Shown one piece after another: positions 23,949 to 31,698 of a DNA stretch of 45,323 bases. Under the pieces are notes generated by a model, which saw only the letters and a program-made list of their open reading frames with translations, was not told where the DNA came from and made no database searches. Origin of the DNA: Verrucomicrobiota bacterium (GTDB lineage: Bacteria > Verrucomicrobiota > Verrucomicrobiia > Limisphaerales > JADLHS01); NCBI GenBank assembly GCA_025360895.1, contig JANYBF010000286.1, positions 1 through 45,323 of the forward strand, in the 5' to 3' direction. Both the position numbers and the translations under genes were made by a program. Position 1 is the stretch's first letter; every line of letters starts with the position of its first letter.

Positions 23949-24611
23949 TTATCGGGCGTAAAGCCCTTTGGGACCATGTCCCTTTACCGGGTTAGACGGC
24001 AACGCGCCGGATTTCTCCCCGGAAAAAACTCTGGCCGCGATCAATTCCAGTTTATCCAGGCATTTGCTCAAGCGCGAGCTGACCGTTTTGGGGTTCAATT
24101 TCAATTCTGTACTCAGCTCTTCGTAGCTCAAATCGCCGAAATAGCGCAGTTCGATGATCTCGCGGCACGGCTCGCCGATCTGATCCAGCGCCTCGCGCAC
24201 CAGTTCAGCCCGCTCCACGTTCAACAATTCCACGTCCGGCGCCGGCGACTGGCTGGGTGGATCAATCGTGAGGCCGGTCTCCGAATCTTCGGCCTGGAGC
24301 GAGAGTGGTACCTGCCCGCCGCCGCGCTTGGCCGCGTGTTGTTTCTCCCGATAGTCCCGTGCTTTGTTGGCCGCGATGCGGAAGAGCCAGGTCTGAAACT
24401 GGCTGTCGCCCTGAAAGAAAATGAGGTTTTTGATGACGGCGAGAAACACTTCCTGGCACACTTCCTCCACGTCCTCGCGCGTGAAGTCCGACGCGAGTTG
24501 GAAAATGAAACGCCCCGCCGCCGCGTAGTGGCGATCGAACAACTCGTCCCACGCCGCCGCGTCGCCGCGACGACAGCGGGCGAGCAGTTGGACTTCCGGT
24601 TCGGCGCTCAT
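23949..24611 (-). CDS. RNA polymerase ECF (sigma-70 family group 4) sigma factor
   Basis: Region 2 is DVEEVCQEVFLAVIKNLIFFQGDSQFQTWLFRIAANKARDY. Region 4 is ELRYFGDLSYEELSTELKLNPKTVSSRLSK. The ATG at 24611 (MSAEPEV) is preferred over the start at 24659. Confidence 0.9.
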   Translation of the reverse strand: MSAEPEVQLLARCRRGDAAAWDELFDRHYAAAGRFIFQLASDFTREDVEEVCQEVFLAVIKNLIFFQGDSQFQTWLFRIAANKARDYREKQHAAKRGGGQVPLSLQAEDSETGLTIDPPSQSPAPDVELLNVERAELVREALDQIGEPCREIIELRYFGDLSYEELSTELKLNPKTVSSRLSKCLDKLELIAARVFSGEKSGALPSNPVKGHGPKGLYAR

Positions 24612-25121
24612 TCTCACGCAGTCTATGGGATTGACCCGCAACCGCCAGTTTTTGCTCAAGCAAACCGGGCCGCTGCCCGTTGTGCCTGGATCAAAATCTG
24701 TTTAGCATCACCCACACTAGGATTCTCTCCGGCATGGGGGTTCCCCGGGTGGTGGTTCGGGTTTGTCCCGGTCTTGTTGAATGGCCGTTTAGTGGAAGAG
24801 TTCCGGCGGACGCGGGTGACTGTTCGTTTCACGATGGCCTTTCACTCGGGTCTAGCTCTGGTGGTGATACAAGCACTGCCAGAGCGCTTTTGTTTTGGGC
24901 TAGCTACTACAACGTTGGGAACTCGGTTTTTAGCGTAACGGAACCGTAGTTTCGCCGCCCGACTCTCGCTTGCCAGCCCACTGAATTTGATCGAAGCCTG
25001 ACGCGGCCGAATTAGCGATTTTTATTGCTCATGCGACAAATGGGTGCGCAATTTTCACATGCGCGGACTTGGAAGTTGGCAGAATTAACAATGACCAAGT
25101 CACCCGCGATTTTACACCGCC

Positions 25122-25775
25122 ATGCCTCGTGAAACCGCCATTGCCCGGGCCGCGCGAACCCGGAAGATTCTTGCCGGGTTGCAAGCCGCCTATCCCGACG
25201 CGCATTGCGAACTCAACTTTGGCAACCCACTCCAACTGCTCATCGCCACGATCCTCTCCGCCCAATGCACGGACAAGCGCGTCAACCTTGTCACGGCAGA
25301 ACTGTTTAAGCGGTACCGAAGCGCTAAGGATTTTGCGAACGCTGAACTCACCGAAATCGAGCAGAACATCAGAACCACCGGCTTCTTCCGGAATAAGGCC
25401 AAGCACATCCAGGCCTGTTGCCGCGCGCTGCTGGATAAGCACAATGGCGAAGTCCCCCGCACGATGGCGGAACTCATCGCCCTCGACGGGGTGGGCCGCA
25501 AGACGGCGAACGTCGTGCTCGGCAATGCTTTCGGCATCAACGTCGGTATCGTGGTGGATACGCACGTCACAAGGCTGGCGAATCGGCTTGCCCTTACGTC
25601 AGAGTCGGACGCGGTCAAGATCGAGCAGGAATTAATGCCATTAGTGCCGCCGGCGCAATGGACGTTGTTCAGCCATTGGCTGATCTGGCATGGCCGCCGC
25701 CGGTGTGGGTCCCGGAAGCCCGATTGCGCCGGATGCGAGATCGCGAAACTGTGTCCGCGTATTGGTTTATCGTAG
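25122..25775 (+). CDS. nth: endonuclease III
   Basis: The HhH-GPD block is LIALDGVGRKTANVVL followed by VDTHV. The C-terminal 4Fe-4S cluster loop is C-x6-C-x2-C-x5-C (CGSRKPDCAGCEIAKLC). Confidence 0.9.
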   Translation: MPRETAIARAARTRKILAGLQAAYPDAHCELNFGNPLQLLIATILSAQCTDKRVNLVTAELFKRYRSAKDFANAELTEIEQNIRTTGFFRNKAKHIQACCRALLDKHNGEVPRTMAELIALDGVGRKTANVVLGNAFGINVGIVVDTHVTRLANRLALTSESDAVKIEQELMPLVPPAQWTLFSHWLIWHGRRRCGSRKPDCAGCEIAKLCPRIGLS

Positions 25776-25865
25776 CAGCCGACGTGAGGAGGCTCTAACT
25801 CATCGGAGGAAAATATACCGCGTTACGTCCTTTCCCACTTTCTCGTCTGCCCCGATACTCCTCTG

Positions 25866-26558
25866 GTGAGTCTTTTAAAAGGCAACGAATGGTTGCTTGT
25901 GCAATCTGGCCCCTGCCCGCCTGCTTTCAACATGGCGTTTGATGAGGCGCTGCTGGAAGCCCTGCCGCGGCTGGGGCAACCGGTGCTACGCTTTTACGGT
26001 TGGACCGAGCCGGCGGCCACATTCGGTTATTTCCAAAAATTCTCCGAGGTGGAGACGGTGACATTGCTGCGCCCATTGATTCGACGCCCGACCGGTGGCG
26101 GGGTTGTACCGCATGACGCCGATTGGACTTACAGCCTCGCATTTCCGACTGGGCACGAATGGTATTCGCTACGCGCGGAGGAAAGCTATCGGCGTGCGCA
26201 CGCCTGGATTCAAGCCGCCTTCACGGCCACGGGCACGGAAACGGAACTCGCGGCGTGCTGTAAAAAATCGGCGCCGGGCCAATGCTTTATCGGCCACGAG
26301 AAACACGATCTGCTTTGGCACGGACGCAAAATTGCCGGGGCCGCTCAACGGCGAAACCGGCTTGGATTGCTGATTCAAGGTTCCGTGCAACCGCCGCCGG
26401 TCCAGGTGGCCCGCGCCGATTGGGAACACGCAATGATCGCCTCGGCGTCGCCATCCTCCGCATGGAGGGAGTTTGTGCCGGACGGCCCGCTGCTCGCCCG
26501 GGTGGCGGAACTCACGGCGCAGAAGTATTCGCAACGGGCTTACAACCAGAAACGGTGA
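25866..26558 (+). CDS. biotin/lipoate A/B protein ligase family protein
   Basis: It has a GTG start. NMAFDEALLE...RRPTGGGVVPHD...HGRKIAGAAQRR (catalytic Lys block) is typical of the LplA/LipB-type BPL_LplA_LipB domain. Confidence 0.75.
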   Translation: MSLLKGNEWLLVQSGPCPPAFNMAFDEALLEALPRLGQPVLRFYGWTEPAATFGYFQKFSEVETVTLLRPLIRRPTGGGVVPHDADWTYSLAFPTGHEWYSLRAEESYRRAHAWIQAAFTATGTETELAACCKKSAPGQCFIGHEKHDLLWHGRKIAGAAQRRNRLGLLIQGSVQPPPVQVARADWEHAMIASASPSSAWREFVPDGPLLARVAELTAQKYSQRAYNQKR

Positions 26559-26733
26559 GTTACCGGACGTAGCGTGAGCGATCTTGGTTTTGACAACTCA
26601 CGGCACCCCGCACCACGGACCTCCGGTATCAGTACGATGCGCTCAATCGGCTTACGAACATGATGGACGCGGCGGGCACAACGATCCCTTGGATTCGTTG
26701 ACACGCAACCCGGCCTCGGCTAACTCTGACGGC

Positions 26734-27930
26734 ATGAAAACCTTTCATCCGCTTACGATTATTGGGTTGCTGGCGTTTACGCTTTCCGCCCGCGCCGCCG
26801 ACTGGCCGTGGTTTCGCGGGCCGGACCATAATGGCATCTCGAAAGAAACCGGCTGGTCCAGTAAATGGCCGGCGGGCGGACTGAAACAACTTTGGAAGGC
26901 AAAAGTCGGCATCGGCTTCGCCTCGTTTGCCGTTAGCGCGGGGCGCGCTTATACCACCGGTAACGCGAGCGACGCGGATACGGTTTTTTGTTTTGACGCA
27001 AACACGGGTGCGGAGCTATGGAAATATTCCTACGCCGCCCCCCTCGACGCCAAGTACTACCAAGGCGGCCCCAGCGCCACCCCCACCGTGGCGGGCGACC
27101 GGGTCTTCACGCTCAGCAAGCGCGGGATGGTTCACTGCCTCGACGCGGCCAAAGGGACTTTGATCTGGTCCAAAAATCTGATGGCGGACTTGAAAGCTGA
27201 AATGCCCACCTGGGGCTTTGCCGGGTCGGTGCTGATCGAAGGCGATCTCGCCTTGGTCAACGTCGGCACCGCGGGTGCGGCGCTCGACACAAAAACTGGG
27301 AAGATCGTCTGGAGTTCCGGACCGGATGAAGCAGGCTATTCCACGCCGGTGCCATTTGATGTCGCCGGGCAACGCGCCGTGACGTTTGCCAGCAAGCAGG
27401 ACGTTGTCGCTTTGGGCGTGAAGGACGGCAAGGAGTTATGGCGCTTTCCGTGGAAAACCAGCTACGACGTGAACGCGGCCGACCCGATTGTTGCTGAGGG
27501 CAAGGTGTTCATTTCCTCCGGCTACAATCACGGCGGCGGCGTCTTCGACGTGAGCGCGAAACCCGTGAAGAAGATTTGGGAGAACAAGAACATGCGCAAC
27601 CAGTTCAACAGTTCCATTCTCTGGCAGGGCCACCTTTATGGCGTGGATGACAACCAGCTTCGCTGTCTCGTCCTCGATACCGGCGAGGTGAAGTGGTCGG
27701 ATAAATCCGTGGGCAAGGGTTCGTTGATGATGGCGGACGGCAAGCTCATCGTTCTGAGCGAAAAGGGTGAGTTAATGGTGGCCGACGCCACGCCCACCGC
27801 GTTCAAACCAATTTCTCGCGCGCAGGTTCTCGGCGGCCTGTGCTGGAGTGCGCCCGTGCTGGCCGATGGAAAAATCTACTGCCGCAACGCCGCCGGCGAC
27901 GTGGTGGCTGTGGATGTGAGCGGGAAATAG
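26734..27930 (+). CDS. PQQ-like beta-propeller repeat protein (BamB-like fold), secreted
   Basis: The signal peptide is MKTFHPLTIIGLLAFTLSARA, followed by ADWPWFRGPDHNG and repeated propeller blades. The 26584 start in the track is an upstream extension. Confidence 0.8.
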   Translation: MKTFHPLTIIGLLAFTLSARAADWPWFRGPDHNGISKETGWSSKWPAGGLKQLWKAKVGIGFASFAVSAGRAYTTGNASDADTVFCFDANTGAELWKYSYAAPLDAKYYQGGPSATPTVAGDRVFTLSKRGMVHCLDAAKGTLIWSKNLMADLKAEMPTWGFAGSVLIEGDLALVNVGTAGAALDTKTGKIVWSSGPDEAGYSTPVPFDVAGQRAVTFASKQDVVALGVKDGKELWRFPWKTSYDVNAADPIVAEGKVFISSGYNHGGGVFDVSAKPVKKIWENKNMRNQFNSSILWQGHLYGVDDNQLRCLVLDTGEVKWSDKSVGKGSLMMADGKLIVLSEKGELMVADATPTAFKPISRAQVLGGLCWSAPVLADGKIYCRNAAGDVVAVDVSGK

Positions 27931-27961
27931 CAGAAGCGAGGAGTCAACAAGAACAAGCAAG

Positions 27962-28807
27962 TTATTGGGTCGGCGCCGGGATATTTGCGGGTTCAGGCGC
28001 ATGAATTCTTGTTGGTGAATCCGGCGCGATGGAATTGGGGACTTGTTCCTTGCTGACCGTTCGCGGTTGCACACTGCTCAAGCCGCCATCCACCGCGAGT
28101 AACTGGCCCGTCACCCAGCTTTGGTCGGGCGCGAGAAACCAACGGATGGCGCTGGCGACCTCGTCGGGTTCGCCAATGCGCCCCAATGGATGCAATGCTG
28201 CGGAGACTTTGAGCGCCGCTTCGGTTTTCGTGAGCGCCTCCGTCAGCGGCGTACGCGTCAGGCCGGGGGCGACACAATTGATTCTGATATTGTACCGCGC
28301 GTAGGTGGCCGCCGCCGACAACGCCAATCCGGCGACCCCGGCTTTGGCAGCGGCGATGGCTTCGTGGTTGATCATACCGCGCTGAGCGACCGCTGAGGAC
28401 ATCAGCACGATCGCGCCGCCTCCGGTCTTCATCATCCGCGCCGTGGCGGACCGCAGGATGTGGAACGAAGAGGTCAAGTTGGCCCCCAGCACCGCTGCCC
28501 ACTCCGCGTCCGTCGTCAAGTGTACTGGCTTAAGCAGAAGCGAACCGGCGCAATTAACGACGCCATCCACGCGGCCACGTTTGTCGCTGACTTCAGCCAG
28601 GCAACGCTCGACGGCTGCCGAATCGGTCGCGTCCAAACTGAAAGCCTCGGCGTGTAGTTCGTCGGCGAGAGCTGCCAGCCGGCCCTGATCTCGCGCAACA
28701 AGAGTCAGGTGACAACCGCGCGCTGCCAACTGCCGCGCCAACGCTGAACCGATGCCGCCACTGGCTCCGAATATGAGGATGCAGGGATGCTGAGGAGATG
28801 GGTTCAT
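27962..28807 (-). CDS. SDR-family (FabG-like) protein with non-canonical active site
   Basis: ILIFGASGGIGSALARQLAARG is the TGxxxGxG motif and NCAG is present. The segment SS-x12-IAAAKAG aligns with the FabG S-x12-YAAAKAG, but Ile (codon 28355-28357) replaces the catalytic Tyr. It also has a ~35-aa Pro-rich C-terminal tail. Confidence 0.8.
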   Translation of the reverse strand: MNPSPQHPCILIFGASGGIGSALARQLAARGCHLTLVARDQGRLAALADELHAEAFSLDATDSAAVERCLAEVSDKRGRVDGVVNCAGSLLLKPVHLTTDAEWAAVLGANLTSSFHILRSATARMMKTGGGAIVLMSSAVAQRGMINHEAIAAAKAGVAGLALSAAATYARYNIRINCVAPGLTRTPLTEALTKTEAALKVSAALHPLGRIGEPDEVASAIRWFLAPDQSWVTGQLLAVDGGLSSVQPRTVSKEQVPNSIAPDSPTRIHAPEPANIPAPTQ

Positions 28808-29010
28808 CGGTGGCTTCCGCTGGCCGGCGCTTTGACCGGAGGGGAGTAGCGGTCCAACGCGCCGGGTTCCGGGCTTTGGCCATTCTCCTCCCCTTCACGC
28901 TTGCGGGCGGTTAGATCCTTGGCCAAGTCAGAGGCCTGCTGAAGGCCGAGGAAAACAATTCCCGTGATGACCAGCCCGAAGGCGAAGATGGGAAAGAGAT
29001 AACTGAACAT
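28804..29010 (-). CDS. small membrane protein (hypothetical)
   Basis: MFSYLFPIFAFGLVITGIVFLGL is one TM helix, followed by a charged tail. Its stop overlaps the SDR start (ATGA). The 29109 start in the track overlaps the upstream gene. Confidence 0.5.
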   Translation of the reverse strand: MFSYLFPIFAFGLVITGIVFLGLQQASDLAKDLTARKREGEENGQSPEPGALDRYSPPVKAPASGSHR

Positions 29011-29011
29011 G

Positions 29012-29209
29012 TTAATTTCTCCGGTTGATCTTGGTGGTAGCGCAGGCGAGCAGAGCCACGCGCACGCCAACCCAGAGAATAAGAATGCTCGGGACCCAGA
29101 GGCCGACATAGACGCCGTAATCGCGGTTTACGAGAAACCAGAGCGACACGCTGGCCACGAAGCTAGCGAAGGCGGCAATCAGGAAAAAATAATCTACTTT
29201 TTGGAACAT
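29012..29209 (-). CDS. small two-TM membrane protein (hypothetical)
   Basis: This 65-aa ORF has two hydrophobic helices. It ends 1 nt before the next small ORF. Confidence 0.5.
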   Translation of the reverse strand: MFQKVDYFFLIAAFASFVASVSLWFLVNRDYGVYVGLWVPSILILWVGVRVALLACATTKINRRN

Positions 29210-29376
29210 AAAGAGTTTTGTGAGTTGGCAGAGGTTGTGGGGTGTTAGGAGAAACGGCGGCAGTCCTGATGGCAGCGGACGATTTGCGAATCTGGCATTT
29301 TATTTCAAGGCGATTAGCTGGAGCTACCGGTGGGACGAAGCGGAGCGCCAAAGGCGCTCCGCTCATCCCGAAGGGT

Positions 29377-29874
29377 TCAGTTTGGCAGCACGACCTTGTC
29401 AATCACATGAATGACGCCATTGCTGGCCGCCACGTCGGTCTTGATGACATTGGCGTCGTTCACGGTGACGCCGACATCCGTGACTTTGACGTCCAGTTCC
29501 TTACCGTTTACCGTCTTCGTTTTCATCGTCTTGACGTCCGCCGCCATGACTTTGCCAGCGACGACATGGTAGGTCAGGATGGCAACGAGTTTTTCCTTGT
29601 TCTCGGGCTTGAGCAGGCTTTCCACCGTGCCCTTGGGTAACTTGGCAAAAGCTTCGTCAGTTGGGGCGAAGACCGTGAAAGGCCCGGGCCCTTGCAGAGT
29701 TTCGACCAAGCCGGCGGCCTTCACGGCAGCGACTAGGGTGTTGAAACTGCCAGCCCCGGATGCGACGACGATGATGTCACCGGTCGGTGCGGCCGAGTCG
29801 GCTGCTTGGGCGATCGGCAACGCCAAGGTCGAAATCGTCAAGGCAGTGAGAATGAGATTACGGAGTGTTTTCAT
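29377..29874 (-). CDS. fasciclin (FAS1) domain-containing protein, secreted
   Basis: It has a signal peptide. [15 protein letters not shown]...LTYHVV.GKV...[13 protein letters not shown] are the FAS1 H1/H2 motifs. Confidence 0.9.
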   Translation of the reverse strand: MKTLRNLILTALTISTLALPIAQAADSAAPTGDIIVVASGAGSFNTLVAAVKAAGLVETLQGPGPFTVFAPTDEAFAKLPKGTVESLLKPENKEKLVAILTYHVVAGKVMAADVKTMKTKTVNGKELDVKVTDVGVTVNDANVIKTDVAASNGVIHVIDKVVLPN

Positions 29875-30070
29875 GGTTTTGTAATGTAACTATGGTTTTC
29901 GTTTTGTTCAGGACTCGAACCGCCACCGCGAAGCTCCGCTGATGCCCAAACCGAATGGCTGGAACTCGGATTCCCCGTAACGGCAATTGCTTTTCGAGTT
30001 TCATTTTTCTTGCTCGGCTTGCCGCATAGCGACACCCGAATCCGAGGAAAGGGTGTACACGTTCCGCAGG

Positions 30071-30203
30071 TTGTCAAATTTGTGTCTATTTTTTTCAAAA
30101 TTCTCGTTATGTTCCTTTTTTATTGGTCTAATTGATGTTTTATAGGTTCTGAGAGTTTTGTTTTTAGGTTTTGATGATTCTTGTCTAACTTTTAAAAGTA
30201 ACG
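30071..30203. promoter_or_regulatory. AT-rich tract in a ~640-bp divergent intergenic region
   Basis: There is a marked local drop in GC between the divergent fasciclin and pseudopilin-like genes. A minus-strand TTGACA lies at 30072-30077. This is the likely promoter region for both genes. Confidence 0.4.
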
Positions 30204-30510
30204 GAAATGCGGACGTGCGGAGGCGGATAATCTAATGGTAGCCAGCTTCTCAAGGTCGGGTTTGTTACCATATTCCCGGCGGGCAACGCACCTTGATCCA
30301 AGCGATCTCCAACCGAAGTCACCTTGGCCGAATTCAAGCGTGGCTCGTCGGCCAGTTCGCGAAGCCGGCAAGGTTTTCGGAGGATTGCCGCACTGCCAAT
30401 ATTGTGGCGGTGGCGTCCACGGATGCGCTGCCCACGGTTGGTTTTTGGCAGAAACTTGTTGCACGGTGGACATTGGGATATAGTCTTTGCCCGGACCCAT
30501 AAGAAATTTT

Positions 30511-31437
30511 ATGAATTCCGTTGCCGCGTCGCCAGCCGACCGTGGATTCCCCCGCCGGGGCACACGCGGTTTCACCCTGATTGAACTGCTGGTCGTGATT
30601 GCGATCATCGCCATTCTGGCGGCGATGCTCCTGCCCGCGTTAAACAAGGCCAAAGCCCGGGCCCAACGCACGCTCTGCATGTCCAACCTGAAACAGCTAG
30701 GTCTGGGACTTACCATGTTTACCTCGGACCGCGAGGAGATGTATCCCCCTACGGTTTACTCGACCGGCGACTCTCAATATCAATTGACTTGGGACGATTA
30801 CATCCACCGTTACATTGGTGGGCGGGCCAGCGATCAGGATTTGTTATTCGGTGTCACCCCGCCCGATGTCACTCCCAGGGTGCTTCGCTGTCCGGCGGAT
30901 CGGATCGAGTTTCCGAAAGCCGAGTCGTGGCTGAATAATTATGCCGCGCGCCGTTCGTACGCCATGAATTGGGCCGGCCCAAACTTTACGGTGACCACGG
31001 CCAATGGCCCCTTGCCCAGTAGTGGGGTTATGGGCGTGGGAGTTTTCTACAACCTGCGTGGGTCGGCCCCCGCGACCTTCAATTGGGAACCCCGTGGTTT
31101 CAAAGTCTCGCAAGTGAAAGATCAGTCGGGCACGATCCTGCTGGCCGAGCTGGCCAATGGCCGGAACATGGCAGGCAACGATTGGCCGTCCTTTTGCGCC
31201 GGGCCCGGGCCGACCGTTCCGTCTGGGGCGAGTGAGGACTGTGTTCAAACCACGCCGGTTGCCAACGTCAGTGCCACCGGCAATACCTATGGGTCGCTTT
31301 CCTACGGCCTGCATTCCAAGCGGTTCAATTATCTCTTTCACGACGGGCATGTGGGGTTGCACAAGACTACGGAAACCCTCGGGAGCGGCACGACCACCAA
31401 CCCGAAAGGCATGTGGACCATGGCCGCCGGAGATTAA
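30511..31437 (+). CDS. prepilin-type N-terminal cleavage/methylation domain protein with H-X9-DG motif (DUF1559 type)
   Basis: [26 protein letters not shown] is a class III signal/pseudopilin N-terminus. The C-terminal [13 protein letters not shown] contains H-x9-DG. Confidence 0.9.
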   Translation: MNSVAASPADRGFPRRGTRGFTLIELLVVIAIIAILAAMLLPALNKAKARAQRTLCMSNLKQLGLGLTMFTSDREEMYPPTVYSTGDSQYQLTWDDYIHRYIGGRASDQDLLFGVTPPDVTPRVLRCPADRIEFPKAESWLNNYAARRSYAMNWAGPNFTVTTANGPLPSSGVMGVGVFYNLRGSAPATFNWEPRGFKVSQVKDQSGTILLAELANGRNMAGNDWPSFCAGPGPTVPSGASEDCVQTTPVANVSATGNTYGSLSYGLHSKRFNYLFHDGHVGLHKTTETLGSGTTTNPKGMWTMAAGD

Positions 31438-31698
31438 AATTTGCGCCAAAGCTGTTCCAGCCCGGACATTTCACAAACTCCGTGGCTGCCTCACTTCGGC
31501 GGCTCGGGTTTTGAGCGCGGTGTGAAATTTCCGGTTAGCAGGTATTCTTCCCCGAGTGGCTCGACTTACTTGCTGCGCGCGATCACGGCAAACTGGCTGG
31601 GCCAGTGACTCATGCTTTGGAGAGTCAAGGGACCGATTATTTACCGGGACTTTTGCGTGAAGCCATGGTAAGGAGTAGCAGGCATTGACCACAAAAAT

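Noticed and set aside
23802-24938. 378-aa plus-strand ORF spanning the sigma/anti-sigma region
   Set aside because: It runs antisense across two genes with clear ECF sigma regions 2 and 4 on the minus strand, and it has no motifs of its own.
29911-29921. Minus-strand GGTTCGAGTCC resembling a tRNA T-loop
   Set aside because: The flanking bases cannot form a 5-bp T-stem (only 2 pairs), and no acceptor or anticodon arms can be drawn. It is not a tRNA or tmRNA.
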